From IMG/VR virus record IMGVR_UViG_3300043774_001557: a stretch of DNA of 64,000 nucleotides, one strand, 5' to 3'. Both the position numbers and the translations under genes were made by a program. Shown in pieces: positions 18,320 through 27,416 of this stretch. This DNA comes from an uncultured virus (IMG/VR IMGVR_UViG_3300043774_001557) (Duplodnaviria > Heunggongvirae > Uroviricota > Caudoviricetes). Below the pieces are notes generated by a model, which was given only the letters and a program-made list of their open reading frames with translations, was not told the DNA's origin and searched no databases. Each line of letters begins with the position of its first letter. The stretch's first letter is position 1.

Positions 18320-18696
18320 GCGGCCTCCCGTTGATAGCCTTCGGTGTTGCGCCCGAAATGCGTGACAGCCGGACGCGGCTTGTACTTCGGCGGCGCAATG
18401 ACCGCAGCGAGAAGCCGGCGCCAGTTGGCCGCAGTGTTCAGCACGGCCGGACCATCGGCGCCGTCGAACTGATCGGCTGGCGTCGTCATAACAGTCATGG
18501 CGTCCACCACATGCGCTGGCACTGCGATGTTGATGCCTGCGTTGTAGTAGCCGAGATGCGCGCGCACCGCTTCTTCGGCGTAGCGGCCTGCCGTAGACGT
18601 GCGGAACGTGTATCCCTTGTCGTCCGGGCGCCACAGCAGGATGTAGCGATTGCGCTTGTGCGTGTGATGCACGCTGATGACGTAGTAGTCGCTCAT
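18316..18696 (-). CDS. Phage hypothetical protein
   Basis: Coupled overlaps; LWRPDDKGY. Confidence 0.6.
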   Translation of the reverse strand: MSDYYVISVHHTHKRNRYILLWRPDDKGYTFRTSTAGRYAEEAVRAHLGYYNAGINIAVPAHVVDAMTVMTTPADQFDGADGPAVLNTAANWRRLLAAVIAPPKYKPRPAVTHFGRNTEGYQREAA

Positions 18697-19085
18697 GCGG
18701 CTCTCCCGATTTCGGCGGCAGCGCGCACGATGGCGCGACGGGTGGCTGCACCAACATCCGAACCATGGGGTTCGGCTACGTAATGAATCTGTCCGCTTTT
18801 TGACCGATACCCGACGTATTGCTCGGGCTTTCCTTCGTCGTCGTTACCGACGTACGTTTCCAACTCGCAAGCAATCAACAGCCGCAGCGCATCGCCATCG
18901 TCTTCAAGCGGGTCCCAGCATGGGTAGGGGTACTTGTTGAGAATGAAGTGATGCGCGTGTTCCGGCAGAGGAACGATGTACGAGTCAGTGATACCGACAT
19001 CGTGTCGGGTAATCCACTTGACCTTTATGCCCGCTGCTTTAGCGGCCATCTTCAGCAGTTCGCGTCTGTCCATCACCGGCTCCAA
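18693..19085 (-). CDS. Phage hypothetical protein
   Basis: WDPLEDDGDALRL...ATRRAIVRAAAEIG, a recurrent phage motif. Confidence 0.7.
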   Translation of the reverse strand: MEPVMDRRELLKMAAKAAGIKVKWITRHDVGITDSYIVPLPEHAHHFILNKYPYPCWDPLEDDGDALRLLIACELETYVGNDDEGKPEQYVGYRSKSGQIHYVAEPHGSDVGAATRRAIVRAAAEIGRAA

Positions 19086-19408
19086 GGCACGCCTTCACAC
19101 AGGCGCCATTTCGAGTACAGATAATCGGTGTAGCCCGTGAGTTCGCCGTCAGGGATGCCGTACCGGTGCGAGCGGTCGCGCTCGGCGGGGGTCATAGCCC
19201 AGTAGACGCGGTGGCCTGCAGTGTTGCGGCCCGTGCGGAGTTGGAAGGTATCGACGGCCTTGTTGCACAGATTATCAAGGCGCTTCGGCGTCGATTTGAA
19301 GAGATGGACGAGATCGTCAACGGTGAACTGCTCGCCGGCGTACAGGGTCAACTCGTGGACGAGTTCGACCATTCGGACGGCGCGGGGCTTTTCGGTTTGG
19401 GCTCTCAT
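19073..19408 (-). CDS. Phage hypothetical protein
   Basis: Operon packing. Confidence 0.55.
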   Translation of the reverse strand: MRAQTEKPRAVRMVELVHELTLYAGEQFTVDDLVHLFKSTPKRLDNLCNKAVDTFQLRTGRNTAGHRVYWAMTPAERDRSHRYGIPDGELTGYTDYLYSKWRLCEGVPWSR

Positions 19409-19863
19409 GCGGCGGACATCTCCGTGTGTTGTCGAACTTGTCGCGTTGCTGCATCCACCTGACCGACAGTGCAGAGCATCAGTTGGTCAAACCAAAGGTC
19501 GAGTGCTTCACGAATGTCGCGGATTGCATCGCCATCGAAACCAAGGCGGCCGGTGCGCTCGAAGCGTTCACGAGTGCGCATCATTCCGTCGTTTGCCGCC
19601 AGCAGGACGGGCATGATTTCCGGGCCGATGTCGGCTCGCGTGAGTTCCAGTGCATGGTTCATGGCGCTGGCGATGGTGTTCCAATCGCCGGGGGTGCCGA
19701 CGCCCTTGCTGATGCCGTCCAGTGCCGACAGCACGGCGAGGCGGAAGCGATCAGCGTCGCTGTCCTGCATCTGCGAGGCGCGGGCAGATTCCAAGGCTCG
19801 CGTCGCTTGCTTCTGTGCGAGCGACCGGTACTGTTTGCGCGGCTTTCTCGTCGTTCCCATCAC
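19405..19863 (-). CDS. Phage hypothetical protein
   Basis: GTGA overlap with upstream stop. Confidence 0.6.
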   Translation of the reverse strand: MMGTTRKPRKQYRSLAQKQATRALESARASQMQDSDADRFRLAVLSALDGISKGVGTPGDWNTIASAMNHALELTRADIGPEIMPVLLAANDGMMRTRERFERTGRLGFDGDAIRDIREALDLWFDQLMLCTVGQVDAATRQVRQHTEMSAA

Positions 19864-20060
19864 CGTTTCCCCTTTAGCCAATCTCGTCTTGCCTGCGATT
19901 GCTCGGCTGGCAGCGCATCGAACTTCTCGCACTCACGCGGCCAGGTCACGTTCACAAACCTGCCGACCATCGGCTCGAAATCGCAGTGGCCCGTGCCAGC
20001 ACGCGCATTCGCTCTATCGGCCTTCATGTCGCAGTGCTTGCAGTCGATGCACTCGGGCAT
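19860..20060 (-). CDS. Small 4-Cys protein
   Basis: CIDCKH...GHC...RECEKF. Confidence 0.55.
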   Translation of the reverse strand: MPECIDCKHCDMKADRANARAGTGHCDFEPMVGRFVNVTWPRECEKFDALPAEQSQARRDWLKGKR

Positions 20061-20134
20061 GCAAATAAATTAGCGTGTTGCGAAGATATTCGCAGTATAG
20101 ATAAAACTTAGGTAGATGGGTAGTGGTTTTTGCA

Positions 20135-21493
20135 TCAGTCAACCAACCCTTTTGCGCGTCTCGGTGCGGCCGGCGGCGTGTACCCGCGCTGCAGGTCATG
20201 GAATGCCGTGTGCTCGCCCTGGTAGGCCAGTGGCACCATGCCCGTTTCTCCTTGGCGCTGCTTGCCGATGAGAACCTCGCAGATGCCATTGGCTTGGCTG
20301 TTCGGATCGTAGACCTCATCGCGGTACAGGAACATGATCGTGTCGGCATCTTGCTCGATTTCGCCAGAGTCGCGCAGGTCGGCCATGCCGGGGCGCTTGT
20401 CGGCTCTGTTTTCCAGCCCGCGGTTGAGCTGGGCGAGCGCGATGATGGGAATGTCGAGTTCCTTCGCCAGCGCCTTGAGCCCGCGCGAATAGCTGCCAAC
20501 TTCCTGATTGCGGTTCTCACTCGGGCCGCCAGTCATCAGGCCAAGATAGTCGACCACCAGCAGGTTGAGGCCATGCTTGCGCTTCACGGTGCGGGCTTTG
20601 CTGCGGACCTCCAGCAGCGTGAGCGCCGGCTGATCGTCAAGGTACAGATTCAGATCCGTGATCTTGTGGGCCGCGACTGTGAAGCGCTGCCAATCGTCGT
20701 CCGTCATCTTCTCCGGCTGCCGCAGATGCTGCATGTGGATGCGGCCCAGCGCGGCGATGTTTCGATCGTGCAATTGGTCGCGTGGCATTTCCATGGAGAG
20801 CACAAGGGCGCTGTAGTTGAGCGCCACGTTGCGGGCAATGCCGAGCGCGAAGGCGGTCTTGCCCATGGCGGGACGGCCAGCCGCAATAATCAGTTCGCCG
20901 CCGCGCATGCCGCCGCCGAGCTTGTCGTCGAGATCACGGAAGCCGGTCGGTATCGCCTTGATCTTGCCTTCGGCCGCTTCCTGCAGCCGGTCGATGTAGT
21001 TGCCAAGGTCGTCACTGGCTTTGATCGGCTCGCTCTTGACACGCTCTTGCGCCAGGTTCTCGAGCTTGGACTGGATTCGATCAACCACAATCCGCGCCTC
21101 GTCCGCGCCCATCACCATCTCCGGGACATCGGCGGCCAACGTCAGTAGTTGGCGCTTGACAGCTTTGTCGCGCACCAGAGCGGAGTAGCGCTTGATGTTC
21201 GCCGAGCTGGGCGTCGATTGCGCCAATGCGTTCAGGTAGGACAGGCCGCCGATATGCTCCGAGTCACCCTTGGCGGCGAATCGTTCGTAGACCGTCACCA
21301 CGTCGGCGGGCTGGCCAGCAGTTATGAGCTCGCAGATGGCGCCGAAGACAGCGGCATGGTCGGCGCGGTAGAAGTGCTCACGGCCCAGGCCTTCAACACG
21401 GTCTATCGCGTCATTATCGAGCAGCAGGGCGCCGAGAATGGATTGCTCGGCCTCAATGGAGTGGGGAACGTCCCGAATGTCGGCGTGACTCAT
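20135..21493 (-). CDS. dnaB: Replicative DNA helicase
   Basis: EAEQSILG, GRPAMGKT, SMEM, VDYL, QLNR, DLRDSGEIEQDAD, KQRQG. Confidence 0.97.
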   Translation of the reverse strand: MSHADIRDVPHSIEAEQSILGALLLDNDAIDRVEGLGREHFYRADHAAVFGAICELITAGQPADVVTVYERFAAKGDSEHIGGLSYLNALAQSTPSSANIKRYSALVRDKAVKRQLLTLAADVPEMVMGADEARIVVDRIQSKLENLAQERVKSEPIKASDDLGNYIDRLQEAAEGKIKAIPTGFRDLDDKLGGGMRGGELIIAAGRPAMGKTAFALGIARNVALNYSALVLSMEMPRDQLHDRNIAALGRIHMQHLRQPEKMTDDDWQRFTVAAHKITDLNLYLDDQPALTLLEVRSKARTVKRKHGLNLLVVDYLGLMTGGPSENRNQEVGSYSRGLKALAKELDIPIIALAQLNRGLENRADKRPGMADLRDSGEIEQDADTIMFLYRDEVYDPNSQANGICEVLIGKQRQGETGMVPLAYQGEHTAFHDLQRGYTPPAAPRRAKGLVD

Positions 21494-22317
21494 GTGTCCT
21501 TCTTTGCGTGGTAGGTCTTGGCCTGGGTGCCTTGCGTCGTGAGTTCATACGAACCATCAGCCTTTGCGCGCCAAAGCCTGTAGTAGCCCTTCTTCACGTA
21601 GTTCAAAAGGTGTCTACGCCAATCGGCCTGCAAACGGGCCGCCTTTTCGCCATCGCCCAAGTGCTCCTCCTTGAACACCTCCCAGCAAAGCTGGACGAAC
21701 TCCATGGGCAGACCGGTTTTTTCGACGTAGTCAAGCAGCGGCCCGTATTCGCTGATCGCCTTTTCCCCGGCCTGCGCGCAGCGCTCAATGAAGGTCTTGA
21801 GAGAGACGCGGGTTTTGCGTTCTCGCTTTGGTTTTTTCTCGGCAGAACTTTCACCCCCTCCGTCGCCGTCAGGCGATGGGGGGGTAGGGGGGGTGTTTAC
21901 ATGGTTACTGGATACTGGATACTGGATAGCTTTTGATTTGGGTTCTTCTTGGGTATCCGAGATGGAACCCACTGGGTTTTCGTCGCGCTTCTTCTTTGGA
22001 GGCCGGCCACCGGATTTTCCGTTGATCCGGTTCTTCTCGACCTGCTTGCGGTACGCTGCAATCTGTTCCTCAATCTTTTCCTGAAACAGTCTGCCGTCGG
22101 CCACTTCGAAGAACTCCGACGCGACTTTGCGCACCGCTTCGCGCTCAAGTTGAGAGAGCGCCCCGGCGATGCGGCACAGAGTTTCGAGATCAGACGGCAG
22201 CGGCTTTTCGGTGGCGTAGTAGTAGTCCACCAAATCGTTGTACGCACCTCTCTCGGTCAGGTTCAGGTGACGCGTTGCGCTAGAAAAATCCCCGACGTTT
22301 TTGCTGAAATATTTCAT
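21490..22317 (-). CDS. Replication initiator, YdaU/DUF1376 family
   Basis: GDF...T.HL...E.GAY..L.D.YY..E.PLP; NGKSGGRP; adjacent to dnaB. Confidence 0.85.
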   Translation of the reverse strand: MKYFSKNVGDFSSATRHLNLTERGAYNDLVDYYYATEKPLPSDLETLCRIAGALSQLEREAVRKVASEFFEVADGRLFQEKIEEQIAAYRKQVEKNRINGKSGGRPPKKKRDENPVGSISDTQEEPKSKAIQYPVSSNHVNTPPTPPSPDGDGGGESSAEKKPKRERKTRVSLKTFIERCAQAGEKAISEYGPLLDYVEKTGLPMEFVQLCWEVFKEEHLGDGEKAARLQADWRRHLLNYVKKGYYRLWRAKADGSYELTTQGTQAKTYHAKKDT

Positions 22318-22669
22318 CTCGCCACCGGTCTGGGATTTGTTTCGCATACCCACAAAAAACCCACTGGGTTTTTGTGAGAAATGCTTCGCTTTGGCCGGTG
22401 ATCATTACCGCGCCCTTTCGCTCGAAGCATCGCCACCAGCGACTGGCACAAGGTATGTGCCTGGGCCTCCTTGGCGCCCCGCGACTTCAGCTTGCCGATG
22501 TTGCGTGCCATGGCGTCCTGCTTGAAATGCAATTCAGGCCTTGGGTTGAGTAGGCCTCTTTTCATGGGGTTCTCCCAGTCATGCGAGCGATGGCGGCCGA
22601 AGCCGCCCGCGAAGAGATGCAGTCCAGTACTTTTACGCGAATATATTTGCACTGGCGACAAATTTTTGA

Positions 22670-22927
22670 TTACTTCTTCAGGAGCAGCTCGGGCATCTGA
22701 TCCGCGACCTTGAACTCAGCGCTGGTGCCCTTGGTGGCCTTCTCCAAACGGCGTGCCAGCTTGATTCCGATCTTGTTTCGGCACCTGCTGACGAGCAGGG
22801 TGGCGAGGGTGGTATCGGCCTTTTTCAGGACGCGCGCCCTCTCCTTGTGGCGTCTCGCCCGCTCCTCTTTGCTGATGGCCGCTTTGTTCGCGGGGGTAGT
22901 GGCGACAAGCCATTCGGACAGATTCAT
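22670..22927 (-). CDS. Cro-like regulator
   Basis: Divergent from cI-like gene; KLARRLEKATKG...PEL. Confidence 0.7.
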   Translation of the reverse strand: MNLSEWLVATTPANKAAISKEERARRHKERARVLKKADTTLATLLVSRCRNKIGIKLARRLEKATKGTSAEFKVADQMPELLLKK

Positions 22928-22996
22928 GAGGCTCTCCCTCTGTTGTGACAGTGCAAATATCTTAGCACGCTGGATCATTAGCTTTGCGCGCATGCA

Positions 22997-23024
22997 TTGA
23001 CAACCGATGAGCAACCCCTAAAAT
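22997..23024 (+). promoter_or_regulatory. Sigma70 promoter for repressor gene
   Basis: TTGACA-N16-TAAAAT; predicted +1 at about the ATG at 23032. Confidence 0.7.
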
Positions 23025-23031
23025 CCTGTGC

Positions 23032-23592
23032 ATGAACATCAAAAACATTCGCAACAGCCATGACGACATGCGCGCGAGCGGACCTACCGCGTCGCGCTGG
23101 CCTAGCGTTGGACAAGGAAAGACAAGGGGTATGGACATCAATGCCACCCGGCGCATAAACGTCCGCGCCCTCGCGCGAGAGGCCGGGAGCATGTCCAATC
23201 TGGCGAAGCTGGTCGGCACCAATGAGAACTATCTGTCGTCGTGCACCAGCAACAAGGCCTCTCGCAACATTGGCGATACGCTTGCGCGCAAGATGGAGGC
23301 CGCAACCGGGAAGCCTTACGGCTGGATGGACGAGTCCCACATCACAGAGCAACACCTATTGGCCGCGCGGTTTCTGTACGACAAAATGCTAGAGATGTCG
23401 ACCTCTCGGTTACATGCCCTAGTCGAGGTGCTGGATTTGGTGGATAGTGCAGAGCGGGAAGGCTCTTTGGGTCGTATCGAATTAGCCGATCAATCAGACA
23501 GCACAGACAAGGAGGGGGTCGTAACCCTGAAAGACAATGCAACAACAAGCAAAAGCAAAAGTGCTTCCCCTCTTCCAAGGGGCCGCAAATGA
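23032..23592 (+). CDS. CI-like HTH repressor lacking S24 peptidase domain (alternative start 23131)
   Basis: RRINVRAL...LAKLVGT...YLS...RNIGDTLARKME...GWMD. Confidence 0.8.
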   Translation: MNIKNIRNSHDDMRASGPTASRWPSVGQGKTRGMDINATRRINVRALAREAGSMSNLAKLVGTNENYLSSCTSNKASRNIGDTLARKMEAATGKPYGWMDESHITEQHLLAARFLYDKMLEMSTSRLHALVEVLDLVDSAEREGSLGRIELADQSDSTDKEGVVTLKDNATTSKSKSASPLPRGRK

Positions 23593-23800
23593 AGCCCCCA
23601 GCCATCAGCAGCTCAGAGAGTATGCAGACGACCTGGAGGCGGGGCGGATCAAGGGGCTCGTCGTCTCTTACGTGAGAGATGACGGGGAAGTGGGATACAA
23701 GCTGATGGGGTCGCTTGCCAAGACGAGCAATCTTGGCAGCGCCATCGGGATCATTGGCGAATTGAAAAGGAGAGTTGAGCTCCTTTTTTCAGGCGCATGA
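23537..23800 (+). CDS. Hypothetical protein in immunity operon
   Basis: Open 87-codon frame following cI. Confidence 0.5.
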   Translation: MQQQAKAKVLPLFQGAANEAPSHQQLREYADDLEAGRIKGLVVSYVRDDGEVGYKLMGSLAKTSNLGSAIGIIGELKRRVELLFSGA

Positions 23801-23822
23801 TGCAAATACATTTGCAGAATGC

Positions 23823-23931
23823 TTGACTATGTGCGCCGTATGAACTAGGATTTGTGTAAGTTAGAGGTTGCTTTGCCAGTAGCCACGAGCATTCCCCAAG
23901 AGAGCCCGACAACGTTCGGGCTCTTATTGTT
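23823..23931 (+). promoter_or_regulatory. Putative late promoter plus early terminator (pR'/tR'-like)
   Basis: TTGACT-N17-TAGGAT (23823-23851), then AGAGCCCGA/TCGGGCTCT hairpin with T-rich tail. Confidence 0.65.
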
Positions 23932-24302
23932 TCAAGTTCTTAACTTTACCTCCATCCATGCACCAAAGTGTGGCTTTTATGTAGTGGATGCATAAAAGAA
24001 AACCCCACTCTGTGGTGGGGTCGCGTTTCCTCCGCCCGGCGCTGAGCATCCCCGTTCCACGCGACCCCTGCGCCGATTAAGGGGCCGCGCTCAGATTCTT
24101 CTGTTTGAGCCTTTGCGTGCCTGGTGCCATTTGGCGACGAGGCTTAGATGCGCGCGATTCGTCACTGACCATCTCCCAGCCGGGGAATCCGGCGAATCTG
24201 CTAATTAGCTTGCTGATGCGTGCGACTATAGATAAAGCATTAGCATAAAGCAAATATATTCGCCAATTGTGTGGCGCTAAGCACACACTGCCTCAAGCGA
24301 GG

Positions 24303-24981
24303 CGCTTCATCCAATCGCCGAAACTGCGGTCAGCGCCGTTGAACGCGAACACGCTTCGCACGGGTCGCGGCGATTGGATGAGGTGATCGGTTGCGTGCGC
24401 GCGGCCGACATGCTCTAGCCGGTGAGATGGCGAACCCCGGCGAATCTGTGCGCACAGAAGCTGACGGTGCCGGGAGGCACGCCGGAGAACGTAACCGGCT
24501 CCTTCACGCATGACGATCTAGGGCCTGCAATGTGGGGTAGAGCGGGCGGACTTTAGTGATGGCACACCCTAGTCGTCAGCCGTGAGGGACTACCACTTAC
24601 CCGAGAGGTCGGTGCGGCTTGTCCGTCTGGCGCTTGGGGCCCTCGACGATGTGACACCCCGCTAGCTGTGCGTAAGCGCTGGAGCGGTTGAAATGGTTGG
24701 GCCGTTCGCGTCACTGGGGCGGACACGACGCCGAAGGAATAATCGGCCGCTTGGCTGGCGTAACCAGCCTCTTCACTTCTGCCGGTGATGCGTCACAACC
24801 CCGAGGGGCGGCAGACGTGAGGGTGACAGCCCAAACCAACCTTTGATGTCCGTAGCGATCCCAGAACAATCCGCATACGTGCGGGCGCCGGGTAGAGGAC
24901 ATTGCTGCATGGATGCAGCTCCCAAGGTTTGGCCCCACGTAAGCCGTACGGGCTCATTAACCCGGCGCCGTGGTTCCCTCA
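24303..24981 (+). ncRNA. Array 2 of alternating hairpin and cassette RNA modules
   Basis: Hairpins 24303-24385, 24500-24589, 24770-24823; cassettes 24379-24506, 24582-24776, 24818-24981. Confidence 0.65.
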
Positions 24982-24989
24982 ATCCATTT

Positions 24990-25585
24990 GGATCGGTATG
25001 CGCTAAGGACGCGTCGGCTTAAGAATGAAATCGCCTGCTTCCATTCTTGACCTGAGCAAGAGAACCGTAACCAAGGTCATGAAGCGGCTGAACCTCGGCT
25101 GCTCAAACTGCGATTGGAATCTTGCTACCTGCGACATTCATCACATTCAGCCAAAGAGCAGGGGTGGAACTAATGATCACTCGAACCTTACTTATGTTTG
25201 CCCGAATTGCCATCGTCTGGCCCATGCTGGACTGCTGACAGCATTTGTCACCCTTGATCGGCAGATTGGCGATCGATGGAAGGACTGCTATTTCCCCGAG
25301 CGCGCAAAACGACAGTCTCGACCTTCTGACCATGCCAACCTCGGCAAATACATGGCCGAGAAGCGAGTGGTTGCAGACGAGCGAGCGCGAGTGGCCCTAG
25401 AAAGGCTAAAGACAAGTGGAATCGAATTCGGCAAGCGCGGATGGGTCAAGCGTGCATCGGTCGTCATTGGCATATCTCCGCAAAAGGTCGGTTGGTGGTT
25501 TAAGAGGTATGCCCCAGAATTCCTAGAAGTTCACGATCGCTAAGTTGCTTCGGCTGGCTTGGTTCGATGCCAAGACGGTCCACCA
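24990..25585 (+). pseudogene. Split tRNA-like gene enclosing an HNH ORF
   Basis: 5' half GGATCGG..D-arm..TCGGCTT (24990-25020); 3' half GCTAAGTTGC..CTTGG-TTCGATG-CCAAG-ACGGTCC-A-CCA (25539-25585). Confidence 0.65.
25025..25543 (+). CDS. HNH endonuclease
   Basis: CSNC...DIHHIQPKSRGG.N...NL..VCPNCHR..H. Confidence 0.9.
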   Translation: MKSPASILDLSKRTVTKVMKRLNLGCSNCDWNLATCDIHHIQPKSRGGTNDHSNLTYVCPNCHRLAHAGLLTAFVTLDRQIGDRWKDCYFPERAKRQSRPSDHANLGKYMAEKRVVADERARVALERLKTSGIEFGKRGWVKRASVVIGISPQKVGWWFKRYAPEFLEVHDR

Positions 25586-25591
25586 GAACAC

Positions 25592-25682
25592 GGAAGAGTT
25601 AGCCGAATCGGCATAGCGGCAGCGGTCTTGAAAACCGAAGGCCCGAAAGGGTGTGTGAGTTCGAGTCCCACCTCTTCCGCCA
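25592..25682 (+). tRNA. tRNA-Ser(TGA), phage-encoded
   Basis: GGAAGAG/CTCTTCC-G-CCA; loop CT-TGA-AA; long variable arm. Confidence 0.92.
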
Positions 25683-25686
25683 GTTT

Positions 25687-25776
25687 GGAAGGTTGCCAGA
25701 GAGGCAATGGGTCGGCTTGCTAAGCCGTAGCCGGTGCGCGAGCGCCGCGTGCGTTCGATCCGCACACCTTCCGCCA
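25687..25776 (+). tRNA. tRNA-Ser(GCT), phage-encoded
   Basis: GGAAGGT/ACCTTCC-G-CCA; loop TT-GCT-AA; long variable arm. Confidence 0.9.
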
Positions 25777-26004
25777 TCCTCCCCTGCGCATCCGCGCATT
25801 TGGCCCGCGCTGAACGGGCCTTTTCTTACACGATATGCCCCGGCCGCAACGCACCACACCGGATGACGAGATCATCCCCAACAACGGTTGGGCATGCAGC
25901 GTCCTACTGCTCCTGTATGACCAGGACGGCGAAGACGAGGTGGTCGGGGAGATTGGGCGGGAGGGGTGGTTGCACACGGAGGCCGGCATGGGCGGCGACG
26001 CATC

Positions 26005-26175
26005 GTGAGCCGGACGGCCAAGGGCGGCAAAGGCCCGGGATTCGAATACTGGACCGCGCGCCCCGGCAATCGCTGCGGCGGCACGATCAGTCCGAACGGC
26101 GGGAAACACACCAAGAAGCGCACGCACAAGGCGGAGCGGCAGATTGGCCGTCGGGACGCGCGGGAGACGCAATGA
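26005..26175 (+). CDS. Small basic phage protein
   Basis: GTG start; SRT.KG.KGPG.EYW..RP...K..TH..ER; ATGA overlap. Confidence 0.5.
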   Translation: MSRTAKGGKGPGFEYWTARPGNRCGGTISPNGGKHTKKRTHKAERQIGRRDARETQ

Positions 26176-26474
26176 CGCAAGAACAGTTTCTGTACTGGCT
26201 GCAGGGCTTCGCCGAGCTGAGCGCCACGCCGCCGACCGCGGAGCAATGGAAGTCGATCCGCGAGCATCTGGCGCTGTGCTTCAAGAAGGTGACGCCACCG
26301 GTCCAGACCGGACTCGAGAAGGGAGCGCCTGACCCGATGGCCGGCAAGAGCGTCGAAGACTTCAGACGTGCCATGGAAGACTTGCGCAAGCATGGCGGTT
26401 CAGCATTGCCGCCATTTGATCGCGCGGGCATCCCCAACTGGCCCAATATCGACCGAGTAACCATCACATGCTGA
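26172..26474 (+). CDS. Phage hypothetical protein
   Basis: MT.EQF.YWLQGF.EL...P...QW..I..HL...F.KVTP. Confidence 0.7.
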   Translation: MTQEQFLYWLQGFAELSATPPTAEQWKSIREHLALCFKKVTPPVQTGLEKGAPDPMAGKSVEDFRRAMEDLRKHGGSALPPFDRAGIPNWPNIDRVTITC

Positions 26475-26510
26475 CTAACCGTCACATGCTGACACCAATC
26501 TGAATGAGCG

Positions 26511-27302
26511 ATGCCGCTATACCCAAATGACCAAGGCCAAGCCGCAGGCGCAATTCCAACCTACCTGGTAACGGGCGGCGCATCTGCTTCGCCATCAAAT
26601 CCGATCGCCATCTATGACGGATATTTGCCGCCCGGCGTCAACACCTGGACAAGCGCAACGGCACTGAATGCTGCAGTGTCAATGAACACGGCCGGCATGG
26701 ATTCGGTCGCGATCACGATTCAGCCGAGCGGTACGATCACGGCCGGCGCGGTCACGTTTGAGGTATATGACGGCGCGAACTGGGTGCCAATCAAATGCGC
26801 CCGTGAGTCGAGCTACAACACTGACAGCACCTACAACCTCGCCGGCGCGAATTCCATCCAAGGGTGGACGGTGCCGGTGGCGGGGTTCCCCCAATTCCGC
26901 TATCGCCTATCGGCGGCGCTGACTGGAACGACCCCGCAAGCGCTCATTACGACCATCGTGTCGTCTGCGCCGGATGTGTCCATCGTGACCGCCGGCCTGG
27001 ACCCACAACAAGCGTTGCATCCGGGTGCGCTGACGCTGCAGGCACAGCAGTTTCTCGCGATTGGCGCATCCTCGGCGCAATCGGCAGCGGTTCAGGCAAC
27101 GACCAACCGGGTTGTGCTGAGTGCGACGTCTGCGTGCTGGGTGGCGCTTGGCGCGAACCCGACCGCCTCTGCCGCCGCGGGGAGCATCTACGTCCCCGCC
27201 AACTTCCCGATGCCGCCGATTGTGGTGACGCCAGGCGTGACCAAGATCGCTGTGATTCAGGCATCCGCTGCTGGGTCGCTTTCGATCATTGAGTCGGTGT
27301 AG
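26511..27302 (+). CDS. Beta-rich putative virion accessory protein
   Basis: A/T/S/G-rich 263 aa in late region. Confidence 0.65.
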   Translation: MPLYPNDQGQAAGAIPTYLVTGGASASPSNPIAIYDGYLPPGVNTWTSATALNAAVSMNTAGMDSVAITIQPSGTITAGAVTFEVYDGANWVPIKCARESSYNTDSTYNLAGANSIQGWTVPVAGFPQFRYRLSAALTGTTPQALITTIVSSAPDVSIVTAGLDPQQALHPGALTLQAQQFLAIGASSAQSAAVQATTNRVVLSATSACWVALGANPTASAAAGSIYVPANFPMPPIVVTPGVTKIAVIQASAAGSLSIIESV

Positions 27303-27416
27303 GGCTCGCTGGAAGATGGCGGCACGATAGTGTTTTTGCTATCGACGGGACTGAAAGATGTCAAATTTCTCGGGTGAGTATCCCAGGAATTGAGTGTCGC
27401 GATAGGAAAAGACTAA

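Noticed and set aside
24990..25585. tmRNA or group I intron
   Set aside because: No G3-U70 pair, a D-stem is present, the ORF has its own ATG and fills the insert, and no intron core was recognised
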